A DNA stretch of 64,000 bases from an archaeon (GTDB lineage: Archaea; Nanobdellota; Nanobdellia; Pacearchaeales; GW2011-AR1), in the NCBI GenBank assembly GCA_018651605.1, contig JABIDS010000003.1, positions 26,342 through 90,341 of the forward strand, written 5' to 3'. The notes beneath the pieces were generated by a model. That model did no database searches and had not been told where the DNA came from. It worked only from the letters and a program-made list of their open reading frames with translations. The first letter of the stretch is position 1. Every line of letters begins with the position of its first letter. This document shows, in pieces, positions 42,341 through 51,976 of the stretch. A program made the position numbers and the translations under genes.

Positions 42341-42727
42341 CTATTCCCTAACAACATCTTCAGCACTTGAAAAATCATTTTTCGCAGGTGCTTTGTAAAT
42401 ATCTGCAAACTGTGGCGTAACAATTATCATGTTCTCACCAAAACCAGCAATTGAACCCTCAAGAGCATCAGCAGTTTTCTTTATCTTAGAAATCGCTCTT
42501 TTCAATTCAATAATATCCTTAGCCCTCAATTGATTAATATCAATCACAGCAATAGTATAACCTTCACGAAGAGAATTCAAAATAGGAGTCACATCCTCAA
42601 AACTTTTCAAAACAAACGGCCGAACAATAACCTTCGCCTTCCGAGCCTCTCTACCCAAATCTATCTCAATATATTCATCAGATTCTTCTTCTCCTCCGAA
42701 CGCTCTTTTTATTCCTTCAAATACCAT
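42341..42727 (-). CDS. sepF: Cell division protein SepF
   Basis: EYIEID...LKSFEDVTPILNSLREGYTIAVIDI...GSIAGFGENMIIVTP; start likely MVFEG. Confidence 0.85.
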   Translation of the reverse strand: MVFEGIKRAFGGEEESDEYIEIDLGREARKAKVIVRPFVLKSFEDVTPILNSLREGYTIAVIDINQLRAKDIIELKRAISKIKKTADALEGSIAGFGENMIIVTPQFADIYKAPAKNDFSSAEDVVRE

Positions 42728-42836
42728 ATCAACAACTAACCGAGCAAGTTTATAAATATTTCCATACTTCAACAAGTTAATTATAGAAGATAAGTTCCAC
42801 AATAAAAACTATATACTCACAAATTAATAAAATCCT

Positions 42837-43247
42837 ATGAAAATAAAAGTTCCAGAACCCCTAAACCCCATCACCCTCTACGAATTAACTCTTCAAAACA
42901 GAACATACTCAAAACCTCATTTAAAATCACTATTAAGAGCAATAGAAAAATCTTTAGATAAAGTTTGTGAAATAGATTTACAAAAACCAGATTACACAAT
43001 AGCAGAATATCAAGTTCTTATTTTGGAAACTGATCCAGAAAAATATTTAGGAGATTATATTAGAGGAGGATTTGATTTATCAATCAAAGATACAAGAAAA
43101 CATTCAATAAAAGAATTTCAAGAGCAATACAAAGAATCATTTAAAGAAATATCACAGCTCCAAAACATTCAATACCCAATTAACATCTCAGTGTGTATAA
43201 TAGGATTCAGAGATAAAATAACAACAGAATTAGAATCACCTTTTTAA
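42837..43247 (+). CDS. Hypothetical protein
   Basis: 136-aa ORF with upstream TATA-like box. Confidence 0.55.
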   Translation: MKIKVPEPLNPITLYELTLQNRTYSKPHLKSLLRAIEKSLDKVCEIDLQKPDYTIAEYQVLILETDPEKYLGDYIRGGFDLSIKDTRKHSIKEFQEQYKESFKEISQLQNIQYPINISVCIIGFRDKITTELESPF

Positions 43248-43502
43248 TAACAAAATCACTTTATCTTTTTCATCACTTCAGCCAGCCCTATCAATAAATT
43301 TCAACCTTAATAATAAGGGCCTTTACAAGTTCCATGAACTATTGCTCCTTCCCTTGTTAATAAGGAAAGTTTATTAAATTTTGAATCATAAGGACTTATT
43401 TCTTTCTGTGCATCATCAATCTCTTCCCTTTTTTCCACATCACAATCATCTTCCAAAACCATCATAATTAATAATCACCAAACTATATAAATATTATCCT
43501 AT

Positions 43503-43832
43503 TTACTTTATCTTTTTCATCACTTCAGCTCTTAACTCTTCAGCTTGCTTAGTCATTCCACTTTCTTGCTCATCAATAGACTTCAATCTTAAAGCCAATA
43601 ACTCTTGCTTTTTTTTCAAATCTTCTTCAACCTTACCTTTCTCACTCTTGATCATTATTTGTCCAACCATTTTAAAAACATCTCCCTCAGTTTTAGAAAT
43701 CTCTGCAAGAGCATTTTCAGTCTCACTTAACTCCATTTGAAAAGCCTGCTTCTGCATCAAAAGCCCATGCAAATTCTGCTCATAACCTTGAAGCTCTTGA
43801 ATCTTTTCCTGTGTTTCTTTATCTACATCCAT
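43503..43832 (-). CDS. pfdB: Prefoldin beta subunit
   Basis: Coiled coil with ALAEI...VFKMVGQIMIK. Confidence 0.9.
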   Translation of the reverse strand: MDVDKETQEKIQELQGYEQNLHGLLMQKQAFQMELSETENALAEISKTEGDVFKMVGQIMIKSEKGKVEEDLKKKQELLALRLKSIDEQESGMTKQAEELRAEVMKKIK

Positions 43833-43850
43833 TTTGTTTTTATCCTTTGG

Positions 43851-43901
43851 TTTTGGGTCAAGCCTTTTCTTAGGCCCTCCATCTTTTGGGTCAAGCCTTT
43901 T
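43851..43901. repeat. Two 18-bp direct repeats TTTTGGGTCAAGCCTTTT
   Basis: Copies at 43851 and 43884 between pfdB and rpoP. Confidence 0.8.
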
Positions 43902-43921
43902 TTAAAAGGGTTGTATCCATT

Positions 43922-44059
43922 TTAAATCGCCTTTATTTTAGCTATCTTACTTCTAGGTTTGTAAAAAATCTTAGAGCCACAACCAACACAAAGAAATCTC
44001 TTCTCCAAACTATTGTTAGTCGTCTTCTTTCCACAATTAAAACATTTATAAGTTGCCAT
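43922..44059 (-). CDS. rpoP: RNA polymerase subunit Rpo12/P (absent from ORF track)
   Basis: Manual translation MATYKCFNCGK...FLCVGCGSKIFYKPRSKIAKIKAI; zinc ribbon; usual position after rpl37ae. Confidence 0.92.
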   Translation of the reverse strand: MATYKCFNCGKKTTNNSLEKRFLCVGCGSKIFYKPRSKIAKIKAI

Positions 44060-44093
44060 ATTATTTTAGTAAATCCACCCTATTTAAATTTAT

Positions 44094-44315
44094 TTATTCC
44101 TCCTTCTTAGGCAAAAAGTAAGTATGCCCTGCAAATTTCTTATCACATTTCCCACATTGCCAAATACCTTTAGACAATCTCTTCGCTTTTCCATTACAAA
44201 ATATACAATCCTGTTTTTTCTTCTGAACACTTTCAACATCTGCAGTTTTAGTTCTAACTCTACGTCCATATCGTGCCCCGAATCTTCCTGCTGATTTTAC
44301 TTTTTTAGTTCGCAT
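44094..44315 (-). CDS. rpl37ae: 50S ribosomal protein L37Ae (eL43)
   Basis: KKVKSAGRFGARYG, CxxC...GIWQCGKC. Confidence 0.95.
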   Translation of the reverse strand: MRTKKVKSAGRFGARYGRRVRTKTADVESVQKKKQDCIFCNGKAKRLSKGIWQCGKCDKKFAGHTYFLPKKEE

Positions 44316-44381
44316 ATTTTAATCCTTATATTATCTCAAAACTTTAAGTTTTAAACCTTTCTATTTTAATTTTAATCTAAA

Positions 44382-44455
44382 TGGGGCTACCCAGATTTGA
44401 ACTGGGATCGCCAACTCCCAAAGCTGGAAGGATAACCAGGTTACCCCATAGCCCC
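44382..44455 (-). tRNA. tRNA-Pro(UGG)
   Basis: Reverse complement GGGGCTATGGGGTAACCTGG...CCAGC-TTTGGGA-GTTGG...GTTCAAATC...TAGCCCCA folds as a cloverleaf; CCA not encoded. Confidence 0.93.
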
Positions 44456-44501
44456 ATAAAATTAATAGAAATAATGCATTTATAAAACTTGTTAATTCTT
44501 T

Positions 44502-44807
44502 TTAAGAAGACAAATATAGATATAATAATCCAATTAACAAGAGTATGCCTGGAATTATAAATACCATCCACCAAGCCTCTCTCCTAAATCTATCTAATCT
44601 TTCTTTAAACTTAGGATTTTTTAGAGCTATTTTGTCTAATTTTTTATCTTGCTTAAGAGTAAGAATAAAAATAATGATAAAAATAAAAAGAAGAACCCAT
44701 TTAAAAGAACCAACAAATTCCCATAACAGAATTAATAGCATAGTTATTACAATACCTATAATAAATAAATGCTTCAATTTTTTCATCCCTTTTTCTATAT
44801 CTTCCAT
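44502..44807 (-). CDS. Small membrane protein (3 TM)
   Basis: Three hydrophobic segments. Confidence 0.55.
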   Translation of the reverse strand: MEDIEKGMKKLKHLFIIGIVITMLLILLWEFVGSFKWVLLFIFIIIFILTLKQDKKLDKIALKNPKFKERLDRFRREAWWMVFIIPGILLLIGLLYLYLSS

Positions 44808-44851
44808 AAACCAATTAAGCCTGTAGCATTTATAAGATTACCTACTGAGAA

Positions 44852-45562
44852 TCACTTCTTCTCTTCTTCCTTTTTCTCATCAGCACCACCAACCCCACCC
44901 ACACCTTCAGCACCTTCACCACCACTAACATCAGCACCCTCACCACCCTTCGCAGCCTCTTCAGCCTTCGCAGCCTCAGCTTCTTCCTCTTCCTTCTTCT
45001 TCTCAGCTAATTTAGTATCTTGCTCAGTTTTAACTTCATCAAAATATTCATTCAACTTTTCTCTCTTCTCATCAGAAGTCTCACTAATCTTTCCATCAAT
45101 TTCTTTATCAAATTTCCCAGAAGAAACATCAGCAATCAAATCATTAGAACTTTTATTCTCAACCAAAAGCCCAACAGAAGCACAAGTTCCAAGAACAGAC
45201 TTAACAGCAGACTTAAATTCCTTTTCCAACATATCAGAATATTTAACATTCGTAACTTTAATCACATCCTCAATAGAAAGATTCCCCACCTTGATATTCT
45301 TATGATCATTAGTTCCTTTTTCCAATCCAGCTTCTTTTTTCAATAACTCAGAAGTCGGCGGAGAAAAAGTCTTAACCTCAAAATCTTTTGTCTTTTCATC
45401 AACATCTAATTCAACAGGAACTTTCATTCCCTTAAAATTTTTAGTCGCCTCATTAACATCAGAAATAACTTTGCCCATATTAATTCCCATTGGCCCTAAT
45501 TGTTGAGCAACAGCTGGCCCAGGTTTCATATCTCCACCATCAATCAATAATTTAATAATCAT
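44852..45562 (-). CDS. rpl11: 50S ribosomal protein L11 with long acidic/Gly tail
   Basis: GGDMKPGPAVAQQLGPMGIN...GMKVPV...PPTSELL. Confidence 0.95.
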   Translation of the reverse strand: MIIKLLIDGGDMKPGPAVAQQLGPMGINMGKVISDVNEATKNFKGMKVPVELDVDEKTKDFEVKTFSPPTSELLKKEAGLEKGTNDHKNIKVGNLSIEDVIKVTNVKYSDMLEKEFKSAVKSVLGTCASVGLLVENKSSNDLIADVSSGKFDKEIDGKISETSDEKREKLNEYFDEVKTEQDTKLAEKKKEEEEAEAAKAEEAAKGGEGADVSGGEGAEGVGGVGGADEKKEEEKK

Positions 45563-46214
45563 CTGGAATTAACAAACCTCCACTTTCTTCATAATCTTCC
45601 TTAATATCCGGCTCTGCAGGTTCACCCAACGGAGTCTGTTCAACTTCTTCTTTAGTTCCTTCTCCAGACTCATCTCCATCTTCCTCGCCTTCTTCTTTAT
45701 CTCTTCTAATAACTTTAACATTATCTAATTTAACAGTAACCGGAATAGAAACAACAGCAGCCAAAAGAGTAACAACAACTTCGCCCTTCATTTTATCAAC
45801 ACGAACAACTTTCGCCTTTTCTTTCTTAAACGGCTCACCAATTATCTCAACAATATCTCCTTTCTCTATATTAACTTCTTCCATTGTTGGCTCTAACATA
45901 TTTTTAATCTCTTCATATTCCAAAGTCTTTCCAATAATTCCTTTAACATACGGAAGATTATATGCAGCTTCTTCAGCAGAATCTCTATCAGCAGCTTCTA
46001 AAAAAAGATAACCCTTCAAACCATGAGGACGAGCCAAAGAATAAACATTCAAATCTTTCTTATGAACTTTCACAGAAATCAACTCAAGAGCCCTATCTTC
46101 CTTATTAGTTGTAACTTTTATAACAAATATCAAACTACCCTTAGGTTTTTCTTCAGTACTAACGCTATCATTTTCTGCCATTTCAACTTTTTCTTCATTA
46201 ATATTTTCTTCCAT
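45552..46214 (-). CDS. spt5: Transcription elongation factor Spt5
   Basis: NGN domain (LKGYLFLEA) plus KOW (GDIVEIIGEPFK). Confidence 0.93.
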   Translation of the reverse strand: MEENINEEKVEMAENDSVSTEEKPKGSLIFVIKVTTNKEDRALELISVKVHKKDLNVYSLARPHGLKGYLFLEAADRDSAEEAAYNLPYVKGIIGKTLEYEEIKNMLEPTMEEVNIEKGDIVEIIGEPFKKEKAKVVRVDKMKGEVVVTLLAAVVSIPVTVKLDNVKVIRRDKEEGEEDGDESGEGTKEEVEQTPLGEPAEPDIKEDYEESGGLLIPDDY

Positions 46215-46289
46215 TTACTATCTTGCCCAACTAACTAATAATATTATTAGAAGTAGTTAGTATTATTTAAAATTAAGCCTTTTTAAAGT

Positions 46290-46946
46290 TTATTGTTTTT
46301 TAAACAAATCACCAAGAGAAGTCAAAAGACTAGGATTAGCCATTATATTACTACGATTACTTGTAGCTAATTTCCAAACAGCGTATTCATTCAAAATTAA
46401 TCCATAAAGATTCATTTCATCACTAATTTTAGAAAGATTTTGTTTTATTAATTCTCCATCAGTTTCTTCTTTTACTAACATCTCAAGAGTATCATAAATT
46501 AAACCCATATCTTTATTATAAAAATCTGGAGTTCCATCTTGAGAAGAAATAGCAATTCTTTTTTGTTCATCTTGCAAGGACATTCTTACAAGTTCTTCAT
46601 TCCAATTTTCAGAATCATAAATAACATGCATTAAATTAGGATGAGCATTATTATTAATACCTAAACTTAATTTAAGAACCTCTTTAGCAAGACCTGAAAC
46701 AACTTCATCAGTTTTTTTAAAGAACAGCCCCTTATGATCTGAAGGATCTACTTCCCCCTCTTCATTTAATTCCAATCCCAGATGTTGATAAACTCCTACA
46801 AACTGAGGCAAAACAATTCCACTCTTTACTCTCAAATATTTTTTTAAACCTTCATAACTATGAGAAATTCCTAAACAATCAAAATCTCCTTGCCGTATTT
46901 CATCAGCACTTCCAACAGCATAAATAAATGTAGTAGGGCTATCCAT
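46290..46946 (-). CDS. Hypothetical protein inserted between secE and spt5
   Basis: 218-aa ORF with its own TTTATAAA box. Confidence 0.6.
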   Translation of the reverse strand: MDSPTTFIYAVGSADEIRQGDFDCLGISHSYEGLKKYLRVKSGIVLPQFVGVYQHLGLELNEEGEVDPSDHKGLFFKKTDEVVSGLAKEVLKLSLGINNNAHPNLMHVIYDSENWNEELVRMSLQDEQKRIAISSQDGTPDFYNKDMGLIYDTLEMLVKEETDGELIKQNLSKISDEMNLYGLILNEYAVWKLATSNRSNIMANPSLLTSLGDLFKKQ

Positions 46947-46987
46947 TGTTCTTTATTAGAATTATTAGTGTTTATAAAACTTACGTA

Positions 46988-47158
46988 CTAACTCAAACCC
47001 AAAAAACCCATAACCAAAGACACAGCAAAACCAACAAGACCAACCACGCCCAATCCTATCGCAGATACTTTCGAAATAGTTGTAAACTCTTTCTTCGAAG
47101 GCTTTTTCAAAAGCTTCCATACCCTTACACATTGTTTCATAAAAGATTTAAACATCAT
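46988..47158 (-). CDS. secE: Protein translocase SecE/Sec61-gamma (absent from ORF track)
   Basis: Manual translation MMFKSFMKQCVRVWKLLKKPSKKEFTTISKVSAIGLGVVGLVGF...; RV...KP..EF signature; ftsZ-secE-spt5 synteny. Confidence 0.92.
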   Translation of the reverse strand: MMFKSFMKQCVRVWKLLKKPSKKEFTTISKVSAIGLGVVGLVGFAVSLVMGFLGLS

Positions 47159-47188
47159 ACAAACATTGAGAATAAAGCCTTTTTAAAA

Positions 47189-47617
47189 TTATCTTAAAAT
47201 ATTTTCCCCTCTTCTAAGACCATATCCTTCATTAAAATTATTCTCCCTAGAATTAGTTAAGCAATCTTTTATAAACTCCTCTTTTTCGTAAACCTCTGCC
47301 TTTTCACTTTTTAATTTTTGAAGTTTGAGATAATCTCTCCCACCCATAATAAAACCACCTAATGTAAAAAGTCCTCCAATGAATAAACACCCAGCACCAA
47401 ATAAATGCAAATCATTAGCAAAATTTTCATAATTCATAGCATCAGCACTAATCTCAGATATCTTAGTCAAAAAACTACAACCAATAATTTTTGAACCCGA
47501 TTTTAAAAGATCCAATGATCTTTCCAAATCTCTATCCTTTTCCTGAATTTTAGCACTAATTTTAGATCTCTTCCTAACAACAGTTTCCAAATTCTTCTCA
47601 TTTAATCCACGAACCAT
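47189..47617 (-). CDS. Hypothetical membrane protein
   Basis: ORF with one TM (LFGAGCLFIGGLFTLGGFIMG). Confidence 0.55.
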   Translation of the reverse strand: MVRGLNEKNLETVVRKRSKISAKIQEKDRDLERSLDLLKSGSKIIGCSFLTKISEISADAMNYENFANDLHLFGAGCLFIGGLFTLGGFIMGGRDYLKLQKLKSEKAEVYEKEEFIKDCLTNSRENNFNEGYGLRRGENILR

Positions 47618-47651
47618 ATAAAAACCACAACCAACCCACTTAAAAACTTAT

Positions 47652-47873
47652 CTAATCATCTCTTCCTTGCAAAAAATTAACAGAAGGAAATTTTCTAAGA
47701 AGCCCAGACAATTTCTCAATATCTTCATTAATTTTATCACTATCCACTGCCTTTATCAAATCCCTTTCATATCCCTCAAAACCACAACCACAATTATAAA
47801 CCCTTTCAGGATTAGGAACATAATCTGCCTTTAGTTTACATTCCGGACATATATCTACCCTATATTTTATCAT
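47652..47873 (-). CDS. Small zinc-ribbon protein
   Basis: CPEC...CGCG. Confidence 0.55.
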   Translation of the reverse strand: MIKYRVDICPECKLKADYVPNPERVYNCGCGFEGYERDLIKAVDSDKINEDIEKLSGLLRKFPSVNFLQGRDD

Positions 47874-48133
47874 TCTAAAACATCCCTCTCCAATAATATC
47901 TCATCTAACCCCTCTACTCCTTTCTCATATAAATCATGTATTCTTTCACAAGCATCATAATTAACCCCTAAATAAATTCTTTTAGGAGGATTATCCATGG
48001 CCTGAACAATGTCCTTAAAATTTTCAGAATTTAAATCACATCTCAAAAATCCAGTTCTATCATTAATTATAGCTATTTGATCTCCCTTAAATTTTCTCTT
48101 TATTTGGGGATATACATAACATTCCATCATCAC
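47870..48133 (-). CDS. Hypothetical protein
   Basis: Start overlaps the ftsZ stop; stop overlaps the next start. Confidence 0.55.
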   Translation of the reverse strand: MMMECYVYPQIKRKFKGDQIAIINDRTGFLRCDLNSENFKDIVQAMDNPPKRIYLGVNYDACERIHDLYEKGVEGLDEILLERDVLE

Positions 48134-49341
48134 TCCAAAAACTCAATCCCCAACTCATTTCCCATCTCAACTTGCCTCTGCAAATCAGGAGGAAGTTCAC
48201 TTCCACTTATTTGAGCTGATTGAACACCAGTTATAATTATCATAACTCTAATAGACTTTTCCATTTCAGGGCTAATCTGCGCCCCCCAAATCATTCTAGC
48301 ATCAGGACTCAACTTATCACCTACCGCAGAAATAATAGCACGCGCCTCATCCAAACTCATATCATCTCCACCAATAATATTAACCAAAGCCCCATTAGCA
48401 TTAGAAATATCAACATCCAATAAAGGATTAGACAAAGCCTTCTCAACAGCATCCTGCGCACGATTAGCAGAATCAGACTCACCCATTCCCATCAAAGAAA
48501 CACCACCATTAGACATAACAGCCTTAACATCTGCAAAATCCAAATTAACCAAACCAGATTTTGTAACCAACTCAGTCGTCCCCTTAACAGCATTAGTCAA
48601 AATCTCATCCGCAACTTTAAACGCAGTCTGCAACGGCAACTCAGGAGCAATCTCCAACAACTTATCATTTGGAATAACAATCAAAGTATCAACAAGAGAT
48701 TCCATTCTTTCCAAACCATATTCAGCATTTTCAATTCTTTTTTTACCTTCAATAGTAAACGGCAATGTAACAATTCCAATTGTCAATGCCCCTTGCTTTT
48801 TAGCCAAACCTGCAACAACAGGAGCAGCCCCAGTTCCAGTTCCACCTCCTAAACCACAAGTAACAAAAACCATATCACAACCACTCAACCTTTTCTTAAT
48901 CTCTTGTTCAGATTCATGCGCAGCTTCTTCACCAACTTTAGGATTCGAACCAGCACCAAGCCCCATTGTCAATTCCTTTCCAATTAAAATCTTATGATCA
49001 GCATTAGAATAAAGCAAATCCTGTGCATCAGTATTCAACGCAATAAACTCACCACCCTTAATCCCAATCTCCTTCATCCGACTAATAGTATTACCTCCTG
49101 CACCACCAATCCCAAAAACCTTAACCTTCGCATGCTGTTTCTTCAACAACTCCTCCAACTCTCTATCAATCTCAGATAACTCAGGATTTTTATTAAAACT
49201 CAATTCAGAAACAGGCGGCGCATCAACAGATTCAGAACTAGAATACTCAGACCTCGAAGATTCATCCTCAGAATACTCTTTCTGCCCATACTCATTACTT
49301 TGCTCTTGTCCCTCTCTTGAATAATCCTCTTCCATCCACAC
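48130..49341 (-). CDS. ftsZ: Cell division protein FtsZ
   Basis: GIGGAGGN, NTDAQDL, GLGGGTGTG, NLDFADV. Confidence 0.98.
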   Translation of the reverse strand: MWMEEDYSREGQEQSNEYGQKEYSEDESSRSEYSSSESVDAPPVSELSFNKNPELSEIDRELEELLKKQHAKVKVFGIGGAGGNTISRMKEIGIKGGEFIALNTDAQDLLYSNADHKILIGKELTMGLGAGSNPKVGEEAAHESEQEIKKRLSGCDMVFVTCGLGGGTGTGAAPVVAGLAKKQGALTIGIVTLPFTIEGKKRIENAEYGLERMESLVDTLIVIPNDKLLEIAPELPLQTAFKVADEILTNAVKGTTELVTKSGLVNLDFADVKAVMSNGGVSLMGMGESDSANRAQDAVEKALSNPLLDVDISNANGALVNIIGGDDMSLDEARAIISAVGDKLSPDARMIWGAQISPEMEKSIRVMIIITGVQSAQISGSELPPDLQRQVEMGNELGIEFLE

Positions 49342-49489
49342 AAAAACTAAAATTCATATTTAAAGATTATTGCATTTTTACGATTACTTTGCATAGGTAG
49401 GGTTAGAATTCTATCACAGTAATATTTTTAAAATAAGAAATTTCTATAATTACCAGAAGATAACTTCCTAGATATCTCTAAGAATTAAA

Positions 49490-49792
49490 ATGACTGAAAA
49501 AATAGAATTAAATATAGGGCAAGAATACTCCGTTCAAATTTATCCAACAGAAACAGTCATTAATGCAAGATATGCTGGAGAAAACGAATTAGAAGGATTT
49601 GGAAATAATCACCTATTTATTTCTGAAAAATATTATATTTTAGCAAGCAATCATTGGTTAAGAAAAAAAGAAGATGGAACAATTACTTATAATCAATTTT
49701 CTTCTGCTCCAATAGAAGCAGTTAGTAAAAAGGATTCATTGGACTCAAGACTCTCAAAATTTTTAGAGACCTTTGGAGAAAGAATTAATTAG
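49490..49792 (+). CDS. Hypothetical protein
   Basis: 100-aa ORF divergent from ftsZ. Confidence 0.5.
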   Translation: MTEKIELNIGQEYSVQIYPTETVINARYAGENELEGFGNNHLFISEKYYILASNHWLRKKEDGTITYNQFSSAPIEAVSKKDSLDSRLSKFLETFGERIN

Positions 49793-50561
49793 AAAATTTA
49801 TCTATCCCTTCTTTTTTCTTTTTATCAACATTCTGATTTTTTTCTTCAACAACTTTCTTATCCTCAACAACCTTCTCACCCTTCTCATCCCCACCATCAC
49901 CTTTTCCACTGCTAATACCTTTCATTATATCTTCAACACCTTTCCCCTCACCAACATCTAACTTTAACCCACTCATCTCTTCAAACTTCGGAGCCATCAT
50001 TCCAACAAGAGGTTTAATCTTCTCATCCCTAAAACTAACCTTACCATTCTCAATAGAAAACTCAAATCTCTGTCTAAAAAAGAAATCCTGCAAAGCATTA
50101 ACCTTATCCTCATCAGAATCAACTTTTCTCAAAATCTTAAAATCATAATCAATCTCTTTTCCAGCCAAAGGATTATTAAAATCAACCATAACACGACCTC
50201 CAGAAACAGAAATCACCTTTGCAACCTGATTATCCATTTGCAAAGTCATACCACGAACCGGATTCATATTTTTCTCTCTAAAAACTCTCATAGGTATCGT
50301 CCTAATAAGCGCAGGATTACGAACACCAAAAGCATCCTTAACAGCAAGATGAACAGAATAATCCTTACCAATTTCTTTACCCTCAAGAGCAGAATCAAAT
50401 CCTTTCAACATCATTTCATTCCCAACAGAAACAATAACAGGTTTAACATCAGCTTCCAAATTCATTTCCTTAGCTTCCTCTTTAGATGTCGTATCAAACA
50501 ACTCACCATTAGCTCGCCCACTAAATTCAACTTCCACAAAATCGTTTTTCTTAACTACCAT
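49785..50561 (-). CDS. slyD: FKBP-type peptidyl-prolyl isomerase (SlyD-like, long archaeal form)
   Basis: FDTT, DAFGVRNP, RVMVDFNNPLAGK. Confidence 0.9.
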   Translation of the reverse strand: MVVKKNDFVEVEFSGRANGELFDTTSKEEAKEMNLEADVKPVIVSVGNEMMLKGFDSALEGKEIGKDYSVHLAVKDAFGVRNPALIRTIPMRVFREKNMNPVRGMTLQMDNQVAKVISVSGGRVMVDFNNPLAGKEIDYDFKILRKVDSDEDKVNALQDFFFRQRFEFSIENGKVSFRDEKIKPLVGMMAPKFEEMSGLKLDVGEGKGVEDIMKGISSGKGDGGDEKGEKVVEDKKVVEEKNQNVDKKKKEGIDKFSN

Positions 50562-50642
50562 AATCTTTCTTGAAAATAAGACTTTAAAAATCTAACTAAA
50601 CATAGAAATATTTATAAAAACAAACAATCAAAGATTTACAAC

Positions 50643-50957
50643 ATGAAAACAAATAATCTTTCACATTTAGTAGATGAAATAAAATCAATGGAAGAATACG
50701 CCAAATCAAAAAATGAGATAGAATATACTTCAGGACAAGTAGCAGAGTTTATGGGAGTAAGTGTAAGAACAATAGCAAAACTATTTGATGATAAGCATCT
50801 AAAAGGATATAGGAGACCCGGTTCTGGACATAGAAGAATCCCTACCAAACATTTATTAGATTTCATAAACAAAAATGGATTTGAACACGCATTTAAAAGT
50901 TACCAAAATCATTTAATCCGAAAAGGATATATTCCTCAAAATTCACCAAAAAATTAA
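50643..50957 (+). CDS. Excisionase-like (HTH_17/MerR-type) DNA-binding protein
   Basis: YTSGQVAEFMGVSVRTIAKLFD...LKGYRRPGSGHRRIP. Confidence 0.8.
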   Translation: MKTNNLSHLVDEIKSMEEYAKSKNEIEYTSGQVAEFMGVSVRTIAKLFDDKHLKGYRRPGSGHRRIPTKHLLDFINKNGFEHAFKSYQNHLIRKGYIPQNSPKN

Positions 50958-51045
50958 TTCAACAATAAATTTATATCTAATTTTTTTATCTTAATCAATA
51001 ATTTCTCACACAAAACTTTATAAACAACCCCCCAATTAATTTAAC

Positions 51046-51435
51046 ATGGCTTTCAAATTAATTAATGCAGTTCAAGCAAGACCTGGAACAGCAATTCTAG
51101 TTGATGGAACACCTTGCATTGTAAAATCAAACGATATTTCTAAAACCGGAAAACACGGGCATGCTAAATGTAGAATAGAAGCAATCAGCGTCCTCGACGG
51201 AAAAAAGAAAGTTTTCGTAACAGGCGGACATGAAAGACTTGAATGCCCAATGATTCTAAAAAACAAAGGACAAATCCTATCAATCGCAGAAGATAAAGCA
51301 AGTGTCATGGATTTAGAATCTTTCGAAACAATAGAAATCGCAATCCCAGAAGAAATGAAAGAAGACCTAAAAGACGGCGACCAAGTCGAATATTGGGATG
51401 CTGAAGGAAATAAGATTATTAAGAGAAAAATATAA
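51046..51435 (+). CDS. eif5a: Translation factor aIF5A
   Basis: SKTGKHGHAK hypusine motif. Confidence 0.96.
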   Translation: MAFKLINAVQARPGTAILVDGTPCIVKSNDISKTGKHGHAKCRIEAISVLDGKKKVFVTGGHERLECPMILKNKGQILSIAEDKASVMDLESFETIEIAIPEEMKEDLKDGDQVEYWDAEGNKIIKRKI

Positions 51436-51519
51436 TTCTAAAATCTAAAACTATTTTCTAAAAAATTCCTACCAATTCTCAAAAGAAAACACAAACCCAT
51501 GATTATTATATAATAACAA

Positions 51520-51620
51520 ACCAATCTTCTCATCTTCATAAAATAAATTCCTAAGAAGATATCAAGAATTGGGGCGAAAATGGGAAAGTGCGAAGCACGG
51601 ATTTTCGCGGAGGAGGAAAT
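51520..51620 (+). repeat. Intergenic repeat element containing the GCGAAGC hairpin
   Basis: Shares 32 identical bp with 39561 and the upstream motif with 30150 and 5870. Confidence 0.8.
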
Positions 51621-51716
51621 AAAAACCAATTCCCAAAAGCTTTTAAACCCTAATTCTAATTTAATAATATAACTACGTTAACCTAACATCACCAAAAAAT
51701 CAAATAGATTTTTTGA

Positions 51717-51811
51717 ATCCTAAAACGCTTTGCGTTTTAGTGGATTTTAACAAAGTTAAAATCGCAAATTCAGGGGGTGACTTGTTAGGGGGACGGAGTC
51801 CCCATACGAAC
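51717..51811 (+). promoter_or_regulatory. Three-hairpin leader element directly before rpl40e
   Basis: Homologous over about 95 nt to 55181..55277, with compensatory changes. Confidence 0.7.
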
Positions 51812-51976
51812 ATGGCAACAAAATTACCAGCAGCACAAGCAAGATTATACAAAGATATGTTCGTCTGCCAACACTGCAAAACAAAAACACGAGCAAATCC
51901 ACGAAAAATCATAGAAGGAAAAATCAGATGTAGAAAGTGTCTCAAAAAAGCATTCAGACCAATTAGAAAGAAATAA
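51812..51976 (+). CDS. rpl40e: 50S ribosomal protein L40e
   Basis: MATKLPAAQARL...VCQHC...RCRKC...FRPIRKK; start at 51812 rather than 51713. Confidence 0.9.
   Translation: MATKLPAAQARLYKDMFVCQHCKTKTRANPRKIIEGKIRCRKCLKKAFRPIRKK

Noticed and set aside
44377-44574. 65-aa ORF
   Set aside because: Overlaps tRNA-Pro; spurious
50643-50957. Prophage or integrated element marked by the excisionase-like gene
   Set aside because: No integrase, att pair or viral genes nearby; flanked by housekeeping genes
51438-51629. 63-aa minus-strand ORF
   Set aside because: It is the antisense reading of the intergenic repeat element
51713-51811. N-terminal extension of L40e
   Set aside because: Corresponds to the hairpin leader element; L40e homology starts at ATG 51812
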